A DNA stretch of 64,000 bases from Malacoraja senta (GCA_038087875.1 CM075991.1:10480001-10544000); one strand, 5' to 3'; counted from the first letter of the stretch, positions 1-15,010 are shown. Numbers and translations are program-made. The notes: a model not told the origin generated them from the sequence alone.

Positions 1-630
<630 letters not shown>

Positions 631-639
631 TGGAAGGTT

Positions 640-1212
640 CATAAGTCAGAGTATTGAGTGTCATGTTACAGTTCTCCACGACATTGGTGAGATCACGTTT
701 GGAGTATTGTGTTTGGTTTTGGTCACCCTGCCATAGGAAGGATGTCGTTAAGTTGGAAAGATTTACGAGGACGTTGCCTGAACTAGATGACCAAAGCTAC
801 ATAGAGAGGTTCAGCAGGCTAGGACTCTATTCCCTGAAGCGCAGGAGGCTGAGAGGAGATCTTATAAAGGTATATAAAATCACGAGAGAATTATAGGGGG
901 GTGAATGCACACCTGTTTATTCTGTTTGAGTAGAGGAATCAAGAAGCAGAAGACATAGGTGAGACGGGAATGATATAATAGGAACCTAGTGGGCAAATTT
1001 TCACACTGAACAAGCTGCCAGAGGTAGTTGAGGCAGGCCTTTCAAAACATTTAAAAGATAATTTGACAGGTACCTGGATAGGAAAAGTTTAGGGGAATAA
1101 GGTCCAGATGCAGGCAGGTGGGACGGGTGTAGATGGGGCATCTTAGTCGGCATGGACACATTGGGCCGAAGGGCCTGTTTCAAAGCTGTATGGCTCTGCT
1201 GATCTATGACTT
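640..1212 (+). mobile_element. Decayed CR1-clade LINE 3' fragment (ORF2 C-terminus plus 3' tail)
   Basis: ORF 654-896 reads LVRSRLEYCVWFWSPCHRKDVVKLER..LGLYSLKRRRLRGDLIKVYKI, typical of CR1 ORF2; followed by tail ggccgaagggcctgtttc. Confidence 0.9.
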
Positions 1213-1217
1213 AGATT

Positions 1218-3696
<2,479 letters not shown>

Positions 3697-4176
3697 TGCA
3701 GGGTGAGTGAGAGGTTACTAAGCCTGATTTCCCCCAGCGTCCGTGACTGGAAGCTCTTGGCTGTCTCATTGTGAGGTGGGAGCAGTGAGTAACTGGAGCC
3801 CTCCTGACGGGACAGGTCATCCTGACCCATTTACACTGTTGAAAGAGGTCTTGTGTTCTCAGCAGTGGTTAAGAAAACCTTTAGATTATTCAGTGGGACG
3901 ACTTGCCTGCCGAGCCAGCAGTGGTGTGCAGCAAACAATAATCTGAGTGTCACAGATAACAGGGCTGCGATTCTCACACGAGCCTTTCCTTACAATGGGG
4001 TTGGAATCTGCCAGGATTGGGCTTTCTGTACCTGCAGTATATTTCCCATAATGAATACAAAACTCACAACTCACTGAACTAACTTACCATTGACTGTTGG
4101 AAATATTAACCACAAGAGCATTGCAGTACCTCATTCACCTCTGGAGCCAAGCAGAGTTCGCAGTTGTCCCAGTGAT

Positions 4177-4266
4177 AGATACAAAATGCTGGAGTAACTC
4201 AGCGGGACAGGCAGCATCTCTGGGTAAAAGGGATGGGTGACGTTTCGGGTCAAGACCCTTCTTCAT
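4177..4266 (-). mobile_element. Penelope-like element terminal fragment (family A)
   Basis: acaaaatgctggagtaactcagcgggacaggcagcatctc..gacgtttcgggtcaagacccttcttca, the same unit found next to GIY-YIG remnants elsewhere in the window. Confidence 0.75.
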
Positions 4267-4502
4267 CCCAGTGATATCGTCTTGATCTTTCCCACCTCCT
4301 TCTGTCTGAGATTCATCTAACGGCAGGAGATCAGAATCATTTGAAGGACCCTTAACCAGAACAGTGACGTGCAGTAGATATTTAAGTTAGTTCACGGACT
4401 CGCCAGTCACCTGTCACGTCTGTGGTGTGGAAGGGACCGTGTTCCATGTGTATGTGGCGTGTGAGAGGTTGCAGCCCCTGTTTGAGTATCTGAAGGGGCT
4501 TC

Positions 4503-4779
4503 TTTAGTCTAGTTTAGCATCGAGATACAGGCCCTTCGGCCCGCCGAGTCCGTGCCGACCAGCGATCCCCACACACAAGCACTATCCTACACACACTAGG
4601 GACAATTTACATTTATACCGAGCCAAGTGTGGGAGGAAACCGAAGATCTCGGAGAAAACCCACGCGGGTCACGGGGAGAAGGTACAAACTCCGTACAGAC
4701 AGCGGCCGTCGTCAGGATGGAACCCGTGTCTCGGCGCTGCAAGCGCTGTGAGGCAGCAACTCTACCGCTGCCCCACCGT
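4503..4779 (-). mobile_element. tRNA-derived V-SINE (HE1-like)
   Basis: Reverse complement of the full-length copy at 46955-47262 (A/B boxes, V-core ctgtacggagtttgtac, LINE-type tail). Confidence 0.88.
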
Positions 4780-4924
4780 GTTGCCTCAAGATCCGTCTGC
4801 ATTTCGGCCACATGCTTGTGATCTTTGGTCACCCGGTACGGAGGTGGGGAGGGGGAGGGAGTCGAGTGCGGCGTGGATGCGGATGATAATGTTGTAATCT
4901 GATGATTGATGTTTGCAAACTGCA

Positions 4925-5145
4925 GGGTGGAACTCATTGCCACAGGCGGTGGCTGTGGAGGCCAAGTCAATGGACATTTGTAAGGCGGAGATTGACAGAT
5001 TTTTGATTAGTACGGGTGTCAGGGGTTATGGGGCGAAGGCAGGAGAATGGGGTTGGAAGGGCGAGATAGATCGGCCATGATTGAATGGCGGGGTAGACTT
5101 GATGGGCCGAAGGGCCTAATTCTGCTCCTAGAATTTATGAACTGA
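4925..5145 (+). mobile_element. CR1-clade LINE 3' end fragment
   Basis: tggaactcattgccacag..gtggaggccaagtca..gatgggccgaagggcctaattctgctcct, matches other CR1 3' ends in the window. Confidence 0.85.
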
Positions 5146-5536
5146 TGGGCAGTTTTGATCTTTCCAATACTTTGTATTTAAGGAATGAAAGTTTCTTGTG
5201 AAGACAAAAAGATTTCCTTAACTCTCAAACTGTGAACATCTCCAGCTCTAGAAGCAGCTCGCCACTCGTTGTTCAGCACTTCAGTCCAGAATCTGATGGA
5301 TCAAAGTATACAACGGTACAAAAGTCTCTGTTCTCCTTCAGTTTTAGCTTTCATAAGTTTTTTGGGCAGTTCTGTACGAAAAGTATATAAAATTAGGAGG
5401 CGTCCGGACAGACTCCATCATGGAAGCTGCTCCCGTTGGTGAAGGGGTTTAGGTCAAGAGGTCATAGGTATAAAGTAAAGGGGAAGAGAATGAATTGATG
5501 ACCAGAAGGAAAAAAAATGTTTTACACAACGTGTGG

Positions 5537-6951
5537 CTGCAATCTGCAATCTGTAATATGTAATCTACAATCTGTAATCTGCAATCTGTAATCTACAATC
5601 TGTATTCTGTAATCTACAATCTGTAATCTGCAATCTACAATCTGTAATCTGCAATCTACAATCTGTAATCTGTAATCTGTAATCTACAATCTACAATCTG
5701 TAATCTGCAATCTGTAATCTGTAATCTGTAATCTGTAATCTGTAATCTACAATCTACAATCTGTAATCTACAATCTGTAATCTGCAATCTACAATCTGTA
5801 ATCTGTAATCTACAATCTGTAATCTGTAATCTGCAATCTGTAATCTACAATCTACAATCTGCAATCTACAATCTGTAATCTACAATCTGTAATCTGTAAT
5901 CTACAATCTGTAATCTACAATCTGCAATCTGTAATCTACAATCTACAATCTGCAATCTACAATCTGTAATCTACAATCTACAATCTGTAATCTACAATCT
6001 ACAATCTGCAATCTACAATCTGTAATCTACAATCTACAATCTGTAATCTACAATCTACAATCTGCAATCTACAATCTGTAATCTACAATCTGTAATCTGT
6101 AATCTACAATCTGTAATCTACAATCTGCAATCTGTAATCTACAATCTACAATCTGCAATCTACAATCTGTAATCTACAATCTACAATCTGTAATCTACAA
6201 TCTACAATCTGCAATCTACAATCTGTAATCTACAATCTACAATCTGTAATCTACAATCTGTAATCTGTAATCTACAATCTGTATCTGTAATCTACAATCT
6301 GTAATCTACAATCTACAATCTGCAATCTACAATCTGTAATCTGTAATCTACAATCTGTAATCTACAATCTACAATCTGCAATCTACAATCTGTAATCTGT
6401 ATCTACAATCTGTAATCTGCAATCTACAATCTGTAATCTACAATCTACAATCTGTAATCTACAATCTACAATCTGTAATCTACAATCTGTAATCTACAAT
6501 CTGTAATCTACAATCTACAATCTGTAATCTGTAATCTACAATCTGTAATCCGTAATCTACAATCTACAATCTACAATCTACAATCTACAATCTACAATCT
6601 GTAATCTAAAATCTACAATCTGTAATCTACAATCTGTAATCTACAATCTGTAATCTGTAATCTACAATCTGTAATCTACAATCTGTAATCTACAATCTGT
6701 AATCTACAATCTGCAATCTACAATCTACAATCTGTAATCTACAATCTGTAATCTACAATCTGCAATCTACAATCATACAATCTGTAATCTACAATCTGTA
6801 ATCTACAATCTGTAATCTGTAATCTACAATCTGTAATCTACAATCTGTAATCTACAATCTACAATCTACAATCTGTAATCTACATCTGTAATCTACAATC
6901 TGTAATTTGTAATCTACAATCTACAATCTGTAATCTGTAATCTGTAATCTG
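5537..6951 (+). repeat. 7-bp minisatellite AATCT(GT/AC/GC), ~200 units, embedded in an old CR1 fragment (~5375-7195)
   Basis: Units aatctgt, aatctac and aatctgc visible; flanks read ttacacaacgtgtggctgc[array]ggaa, i.e. the CR1 FTQRV..WN region. Confidence 0.95.
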
Positions 6952-7273
6952 GAAATTTGCATCTGCAATCATCTGGAATCATCTGGAATCAGGAAACATC
7001 TGGAATCTGGAGCTCTTATGGAAATGAGTTCCATTGTGGCCTTCAACAGGAATTGGAGAAATATATAGTGAGGAAAAAAAACTTTCAAGGCTGCAGAGAC
7101 TGGGCTGGGGATCTGGAGGTAGAGAGAGTTGCTCTGGCTGAGGGCTAGCATGGACACAATGGCCAAGCGGCCTCCGTCCGCGCCGTAACCGCGCTGTGAT
7201 TCAGTCTGAAGAAGGGGGTCTCGACTGGAGACGTCACCCATCCCTTCTCTCCAGAGACGCTGCCTGTCCCGCT

Positions 7274-8076
7274 GGAATACTGTGTACAGTTCTGGGGTCC
7301 ATACTTAAGAAAGGATGTACTGGCCCTGGAGGCAGTGCAGCGAAGGTTTACAAGATTAATTCCTGCAATGAGGGGATTGACATATGAGGAAAGGTTAAGT
7401 AGGCTGGAACTCTACTCTTTGGAGTTTAGAAGAATGAGAGGCGATCTCATTGAAACATATAAGATCGTGAGGGGCCTTGATCGGGTGGATGCACCGAGGA
7501 TGTTCCCAATGATCGGGGAAACTAGAACTAGGGGACAGTTGTAGAATAAGGGGGGGCTCTTTTAAAACTGAGATGAGGAAGAACTTCTTCACCCAGAGGG
7601 TGGTTAATTTATGGAATTCACTGCCCCAGGGAGCAGTGGAAGCAGAAACATTAAATATATTTAAGTCTAAAATAGATGGTTTTTTAGCTGCCAAGGGGAT
7701 AAGGGCTACGGGGAGAGGGCAGGGATATGGACCTAGGTAGGGTTAGTATAGTAAGACCTGAGTGATCTCCTGGACAAGTGTCGATCGCCTGGATTGGGGT
7801 CGGAGAGGAATTTCCCGGATTTTTTTCCCGAATTGGACCTGGGTTTTTATCCGTTTTTTTGCCTCCCCCAGGAGATCACGCGGTTCTTGGGGTGGAGAGG
7901 GGTGATAGCGCTATAAAAGGGGAGGGTAGTGTCTTGTGTTCTGTTTCTTGTGTCTACTGTTTGTGGGTGGGGGTGTTTGTTTGTTTGGTGTTCAGCCATG
8001 AGCGAAAGGCGGTGCGGGCTCGATGGACCTGGTGGTCTGCTCTCGCACCTACTTTCTATGATTCTATGATTCTATG
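7274..8076 (+). mobile_element. CR1 LINE 3' portion with long 3' UTR and (ATTCTATG)n terminus, inserted into a Penelope-like tail (7200-7273 / 8077-8106)
   Basis: ORF 7335-7544 QRRFTRLIPAMRGLTYEERLSRLELYSLEFRRMRGDLIETYKI; ends ttctatgattctatgattctatga; host cccgctg|agctactccag is split by it. Confidence 0.92.
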
Positions 8077-9310
8077 AGCTACTCCAGTTTTTTTGTGTCT
8101 ATCTTCGAGACGTTAGCAGGGATGTTTTTGCAGTTTTCTCGCTGCTTCCAGGAAGACCCACGTTTATTATAGACTCCTCTTGTAAACTTTTTGTCAGATG
8201 ACACAGGAGAGGGAGGGGGGGTGAGGGGGGGGAGGGGGGGGGGGGACCGTACAAGTTGTGAGGCACAGAAAAGGGTGCGTGCAGGTCAGCCCGAGAGGAA
8301 GTGAACCAGTAATGCCTCCAAAACGGAGGAGCTCTCAAACAGAGCAGGGAGGATCGCGGCTGTGACTCTGAGCGTTTGCACTAAAAATTATTCTTGAACG
8401 GGGAACTCGCAGGCTAAACCCGTACAGCTGAACAGGCCATTCACGTTCCATTGACTGACGTCCAAAGTTCCTTTTAAGATTAACTGCAACAAATGCCTGG
8501 CGACATAGAAATATTTTTTTTAAAACATAAACTCATCCAACGAACGACGGTGTTTTTGCTTCGAGTGAAATATATTGAATGTAAATTGAAAACTACCGAA
8601 GAAATTAATCTTCAAAGCCAGCTGAGGAACGGTGCAAATCCACACATCCCCAGTCAGCTAAAACATTGGCCGTAACAAAGTGAGATGTTAATGTATAGAA
8701 AAAGGTATACAAATTAGGATTGTGGTTTCCTCAACTCGAGAGGCCATTAAACCCAAGTTAAAAGTCCTCTTCAAAGTCTGTTTAAAAGGTTGTTCGTTTT
8801 TCAGTCTCGTAATGAAGTGAAGATTAAAGGGGTTGCTTCAGCCCTGTTCTGCACTGGGATTCCAGTCACTTCAAAGGATCGCTGAACTGTTCCTGCTGCC
8901 ATGTAACTCAAGTGTTCTTTTAAATGAACCAGATATGATGCTGGCATTCGAGAGGCACGTGGATCGGTGGAGATAGGCACAAAAAGGCTGGAGTAACTCA
9001 GCGGGACAGGCAGCATCTCTGGGGAGAAGGAATGGGTGATGTTTCGGGTCGGGACCCTTCCTCAGACTCGGGGGAGAGGGGGAGAGGGAGACTAGAGATA
9101 TGGATGGGTAAGGTGTGAAAAGGACAGATCAAAGCAGCTGATGGTCAAGGGGATGTAGAATGGTTCATTGTTGGCTGAGGGGATGGTGACAATGAGGCAT
9201 ACAAACAGCACCTCATGTTGGGCAGCTTACACCCCAGCGGTATGAACATTGACGTCTCTAACTTCAAATAGCCCTTGCTTTCCCTCTCTCTCCATCCCTC
9301 CCCCTTCCCA

Positions 9311-9555
9311 ATAGACAATAGACAATAGACAATAGGTGCAGGAGTAGGCCATTCGGCCCTTCGAGCCAGCACCGCCATTCAATGTGATTATGGCTGATCG
9401 TCCCCAATCAGTACCCCGTTCCTGCCTTCTCCCCATATCCCCTGACCCCGCTATTTTTAAGAGCCCTATCTAGCTCTCTCTTGAAAGCATCCAGAGAACC
9501 TGCCTCCACCGCCCTCTGAGGCAGAGAATTCCACAGACTCACCACTCTCTGTGAG
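9311..9555 (-). mobile_element. CR1 LINE 3' fragment with (TTGTCTA)n tail
   Basis: atagacaatagacaatagacaataggtgcaggagtaggccattcggccc.. similar to copies at 42821 and 57618. Confidence 0.9.
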
Positions 9556-10113
9556 ATTCCACAGACTCACCACTCTCTGTGAGATTCCACAGACTCACCA
9601 CTCTCTGTGAGATTCCACAGACTCACCACTCTCTGTGAGATTCCACAGACTCACCACTCTCCGTGAGATTCCACAGACTCACCACTCTCCGTGAGATTCC
9701 ACAGACTCACCACTCTCTGTGAGATTCCACAGACTCGCCACTCTCTGTAAGATTCCACAGACTCACCACTCTCTGTGAGATTCCACAGACTCACCACTCT
9801 CCGTGAGATTCCACAGACTCACCACTCTCTGTGAGATTCCACAGACTCACCACTCTCTGTGAGATTCCACAGACTCACCACTCTCTGTGAGATTCCACAG
9901 GCTCACCACTCTCCGTGAGATTCCACAGACTCGCCACTCTCCGTGAGATTCCACAGACTCACCACTCTCTGTGAGATTCCACAGACTCACCACTCTCCGT
10001 GAGATTCCACAGACTCACCACTCTCTGTGAGATTCCACAGACTCACCACTCTCTGTGAGATTCCACAGACTCACCACTCTCTGTGAGATTCCACAGACTC
10101 ACCACTCTCTGTG
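9525..10113 (+). repeat. 28-bp minisatellite (gagattccacagactcaccactctctgt), ~21 copies, derived from CR1 sequence
   Basis: Period 28 (accactctct at 9541 and 9569); unit matches the single-copy CR1 segment at ~43036-43066. Confidence 0.95.
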
Positions 10114-10624
10114 AAGAAGGGTCTCGACCCGAAACCTCACCTATGCCTTTCCTCCACAGACGCTGCCTGTCCCGCTGAGTTACTCCAGCATTTTTGTATC
10201 TGTCTTGGGTTTAAACCAGCATCTGCAGTTCCTTCCTACACTGTTAATCGCCATTGATATCTCTCTCAAGCGGGACATACCACTAGCCCATGGGGCTCCA
10301 TGTTGAACTCAAGCAGTCAGGGTCTGAGTGAGTAACCCTCTTTTCTCCCCCCATCCCCACCATAATTAATTTAAAGCTTTTTTAATTTAAATTAATGGGA
10401 ATGAAATGTGCTCCAATTTATTTCGGGAACCAGTTCATTTTTTTACGTCTCTGGTAAAAAGGCAAATAATTTAAAAATCAATGAAGTAAGGAGACAATAA
10501 TTGCCTAATCAATAAATTAGCAGAAAGGATGATTACAGAATACTGAGGATAGGAACACAGCAATAACTCACTTTGACATCAGCATGCAACATCAGTTAAA
10601 GTGTAGAGATGGATTCTCCATTTT

Positions 10625-10945
10625 AGAGTCATAGAGTGATACAGCACGGAAACAGGCCCTTCGGCCCAACTTGCCCACACCGGACAACTTGTCCCAGCCA
10701 CACTAGTCCCACCTGCCCATATCCCTCCAAACCCGTCCTATCCATGTACCTGTCCAACTGTTTCTTATACGTTGGGATAGTCCCAGCCTCAACTACCTCC
10801 TCTGGCAGCTTGTTCCCTGAAGGGGCCTCGACCCGAAACGTCGCCCATTCCTTCTATTCCAGAGATGCTGCCTCACCCGCTGAGTTACTCCAGCATTTTG
10901 TGTCTACCTTTGATTTAAACCAGCATCTGCAGTTCTTTCTTATAC
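10625..10945. mobile_element. CR1 3' fragment (-) fused to Penelope-like terminal unit (+, from ~10816)
   Basis: cacggaaacaggcccttcggcccaac.. then acccgaaacgtcgcccattccttc..ccagcatctgcag. Confidence 0.8.
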
Positions 10946-10989
10946 ATGATTACAATCAAGCTGTCTTTACATAGTGTACAGATACAGGA

Positions 10990-11400
10990 TGAAGGGAATT
11001 ATATTTTAATGCAAGGTAAAGCCCAGTAAAGTCTGATTAAAGATAGCTCGACAATCTCCAATGGGGTAGATGATAGGTCAGGACCCCTCTCCAGTTGTTG
11101 ATAGGATGGATCCCTTGCCTGATAACAGCTGGGAAGAAATTGTCCCTGCATCTGGAGGTGTGTGTTAAACATCTGTACCTCTTGCCCGATGGGAGAGGGG
11201 AGAAGTGGGAGTGGCTGGGGTGAGACTGGTCCTTGATTATGTGTGGGGTGGGGGGGGGGGGGGTAGCTTGCGTGAAGGACCGGGCTGCATCCGCAACTCT
11301 GCGATTTTTTTTCCTTGCGGTCATGGGCAGAGCAGTTGCCAAACCAAGCAGCTTTCAGTGGAGCATCTGTATAAATGGGTGAGAGTCATTGGGGAGACAT
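10990..11400 (-). mobile_element. Rex1/Babar-like LINE 3' fragment
   Basis: ORF 11037-11342(-) HIIKDQSHPSHSHFSPLPSGKRYR..SRCRDNFFPAVIR, a characteristic C-terminal motif. Confidence 0.75.
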
Positions 11401-11497
11401 CTTCACAGGAAGCCTCTGTCAGTACATTTAATTTTCAAGAACACGCTCTGTCTCCCTCTTCAGTCTGTAGAAGAGACCTGACCCAAAACATCACCTG

Positions 11498-11968
11498 TCA
11501 TAAGATCATAAGTGATAGCAGCAGAATTAGGCCATTCGGCCCATCAAGTCTACTCCGCCATTCAATCATTGGCTGATCTATCTCTCCCTCCGAACCCCAT
11601 TCTCCTGCCTTCTCCCCATAACCCCTGACACCTGTACTAATCAATAATCTATTTATCTCTGCCTTAAAAATATCCACTGACTTGGCCTTCACAGCCCTCT
11701 TTGACAAAGAATTCCACAGATTCACCACCCTTTGACTAAAGAAATTCCTTCTCATCTCCTTCCTAAAGTTACGTCCTTTAATTCTGAGGCTATGACCTAT
11801 TGTCCTAGACTCTCCCACTAGTGGAAACATCCTCTCCACATCCACTCTATCCAAGCCTTTCACTATTCTGTACATTTCAATGAGGTCCCTCCCCTCCCCC
11901 CCCCCCCCCCCCCCTCCTCCCCATTCTTCTAAACCAGCGAGTACAGGCCCAGTGCCGACAAACGCTCA
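11498..11968 (-). mobile_element. CR1 LINE 3' fragment
   Basis: ORF 11498-11875(-) YRIVKGLDRVDVERMFPLVGESRTIGHSLRIKG..FFSQRVVNLWNSL. Confidence 0.92.
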
Positions 11969-12737
11969 TTGTATCTCTGTCCATTCCCTCCGCAGAAGCT
12001 GCCTGACCCGCTGAGTTCTTCCAGTACTTTGCGTTTTGCTGAAGGCCGCAGCACCTGCAGTTCCTTGCGCCTCTTTGCGCTGTTCCTCTGCACATCCGTG
12101 AGCGGGGACTTGGAACGAGTGTGTTAATCACATCAAAGGGAAACCTGGCACCCTGCGCGAATGACTCAATGGCCTGTCGGCCGTTCACGACATTGACCGC
12201 TCTCTGAAGAAGTCGTCCCTGGTCCCCTCTGTCATCGTATCATTTCCTCTGCTCCTAAAGTTTATTTACTCTTCCCTTTAATGATTCATGGGTATTTGCT
12301 TCAACTGCTTCCTGTGGTGAAGTGTTCCCTGTGGCAGCAACCCACTGCACATAGAAATCCCTCCTAAACCTTCTTGTCACTTTGTCAGTGAACAGAGAGC
12401 TATAACACTGATACTCTTATCAAGACATGTTGCCATTTTCCAATCAAACCTCGAATTACATAAATCCTACCCACATTAAATCGTTACATTGTGCCTCGTG
12501 AATTTCCAAAGTGTTTTTTCAAAAACCTGCTATCATCCTGAAAATAGACGCAACATGCTGGAGTAACCCATTGGGACAATCACACTCAATACTTTTTTAA
12601 TCAACCGCATTATGATATGTTGCTCATTTTAATTCCGTGTCATGTATTCTGTGCTCTGCAAAGAATAACATGTGTACGAAAGAACTGCAGATGCTGGTTT
12701 AAATCAAAGGTAGACACGAAATGCTGGAGTAACTCAG

Positions 12738-14366
12738 CGGGTGAGGCAGGGTCTCTGAAGAGAAGGAATGGGCGACGTTTCAGGTCGAGAAGTCTGAAGA
12801 AGGGTCTCGACCCGAAATGTCGCCCATTCCTTCTCTCCAGAGATGCTGCCTCACCCGCTGAGTTACTCCAGCATTTTGTGTCGACCTGCAATGGATAAAG
12901 ATGCATATTTTCAGGATGATGTGTAGGAAGGAACTGCAGATGCTGGGTTACACCGAAGATAGGCACAAAATGCTGGAGTAACTCAGCGGGACAGGCAGCA
13001 TTTCTGGAGAGAAGGAATGGGTGACGTTTCCGGTCGGGACTGAAGAAGGGTCTCGATGCTGCCTAGCCCACTGAGTTCCTCCAGCACTTTGCATTTTGTT
13101 CAATATTCCAGCACCTGCAGTCTCTTGTGTCTCCAAACAAAAACATTATAGAAACGTACAAAATTCTTATGGGGTTGGACAGGCTAGATGCAGGAAGATT
13201 GTTCCCGATGTTGGGGAAGTCCAGGACAAGGGGTCACAGCTTAAGGATAAGGGGGAAATCCTTTAAGACCGAGATGAGGAAAAACTTTTTCACACAGAGA
13301 GTGGTGAATCTCTGGAACTCTCTGCCACAGAGGGTAGTTGACGCCAGTTCATTGGCTATATTTAAGAGGGAGTTAGATGTGGCCCTTGTGGCTAAAGGGA
13401 TCAGGGGGTATGGAGAGAAGGCAGGTACGGGATACTGAGTTGGATGATCAGCCATGATCATATTGAATGGCGGTGCAGGCTCGAAGGGCCGAATGGCCTA
13501 CTCCTGCACCTATTTTCTATGTATCTATGTATCTATGTTTTTAACAACCCTTCTTCGGGTCTCGACCTGAAACGTCACCCATTCCTTCTCTCCAGAGATG
13601 CTGCCTGTCCCGCTGAGTTACTCCAGCATTTTGTGTCTATCTTAGGTGTAAACCAGCATCTGCAGTTCCTTCCTGCACACCATCCTGAAAGTATACATCT
13701 TTATCCTTTGCAGAGTAGCTAACCAGCTCTGCACATGACACGGAATTAAAATGAGCAACATATCATAATGCAGTTGATTAAAAAAGGATTGAGTGTGATT
13801 GTCCCAATTTTGAAAGCAATTAAGTTATTAATGGTAGTTAACAAAAGATCCTTTTGAGAGGATTGAACAGACGCTTTTGAAATAGTGGAGGATTTAAACA
13901 GTTTCTTTTGATACCACAAAAAGCAATTAGTTCTAATGATTGGTTGTTAAAAACACAACAATGTTTTTGTTTGGAGACAAGAGGCTGCAGATGCTGGAAT
14001 ATTGAACGAGATACAAAGTGCTGGAGGAACTCAGTGGGCGAGGTAGCATTGAGACTCTTCTTCAGACCTGACCCGAAACGTCACCCATTCCTTCTCTCCA
14101 GAGATGCTGCCCGTCCCGCTGAGTTACTCCAGCAATTTGTGCCTATCTTCGGTGTAAACCAGCATCTGCAGTTCCTTCCTACACATCATCCTGAAAGTAT
14201 ACATCTTTATCCTTTGCAGAGTAGACACAAAATGCTGGAGTAACTCAGCGGGTGGAGGCAGCATCTCTGGAGAGAAGGAATGGGTGACGTTTCGGGTCGA
14301 GACCCATATTCAGACTTCTCGATGTGAAACGCCCATTCCTTCTCTTCAGAGATGCTGCCTCACCCG
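12738..14366. repeat. Local inverted duplication (12738-13147 vs 13960-14366) built of Penelope-like termini plus short unique linkers
   Basis: Reverse complement of 12738-13147 aligns by eye to 13960-14366 including the linker catcatcctgaaa..tttatcc.ttgcag. Confidence 0.85.
13144..13538 (+). mobile_element. Young CR1 LINE 3' fragment
   Basis: IETYKILMGLDRLDAGRLFPMLGKSRTRGHSLRIRG..KAGTGY*; near-identical to copies at 37606, 41348 and 52277. Confidence 0.93.
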
Positions 14367-14477
14367 GGGGGGAGGCTGGTTCTCTGGATACTTTCAAGAG
14401 AGAGCTAGATAGAGCTCTTAAAGATAGCGGAGTCAAAGGATACGGGGAGAAGGCAGGAACGGGGTAGTGATTGTGGA

Positions 14478-15010
14478 AGGTACACAAAAATGCTGGCGAA
14501 ACTCAGCGGGTGCAGCAGCATCTATGGAGCGAAGGAAATAGGCAACGTTTCGGGTCGAAACCCTTCTTCAGACTGATAGGGAGTGGGGAGAAGAAAGGAA
14601 AAGAAAGGAAAAAGGCGGAGGAGGAGCCCGAGGGCTGAAGGGGTGGGAGGAGACAGCCAGAGGGCTGAGGAAGGGGAGGAGACAGCAAGGGCTAGCAAAA
14701 TTGGGAGAATTCAATGTTCATGCCCCCAGGATGCAGACTGCCCAAGCGGAATATGAGGTGCATTTCCTCCAATTTCCGGTGCACCTCATATTTTCCGCTT
14801 GGGCAGTCTGCATCCTGGGGGCATGAACATTGAATTCTCCGCCTTTTTCCTTTCTTTTCCTTTCTTCTCCGCACCCCCTATCAGTCTGAAGAAGGGTTTC
14901 GGCCCGAAACATTGCCTATTTACTTCGCTCCATAGATGCTGCCGCACCCGCTGAGTTTCTCCAGCACTTTTGTCTACCTTCGATTTTCCAGCATCTGCAG
15001 TTCCTTCTTA
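14478..15010. mobile_element. Penelope-like element family B fold-back (- copy 14478-14781, + copy 14782-15010) with GIY-YIG C-terminal remnant
   Basis: ORF 14692-14874(-) HRKLEEMHLIFRLGSLHPGGMNIEFSQFC; both arms carry ctgaagaagggtttcg.cccgaaac. Confidence 0.85.

Larger units (their letters stand above)
8972..10242. mobile_element. Penelope-like element: inverted terminal copy (8972-9203, -) joined to GIY-YIG C-terminal remnant (9205-9310, +) and terminal unit (10112-10242, +), interrupted by a CR1 insertion
   Basis: 9205-9270 encodes QHL..LGSLHPSGMNIDVSNFK*; terminal unit present in both orientations. Confidence 0.8.

Noticed and set aside
5537..6951. Telomeric or coding repeat
   Set aside because: Unit is not TTAGGG, the ORF track shows no ORF across it, and the seed is traceable to the host LINE
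9525..10113. CRISPR-like array of 28-bp repeats
   Set aside because: Repeats are contiguous with no spacers, derive from CR1 sequence, there are no cas genes, and the context is eukaryotic
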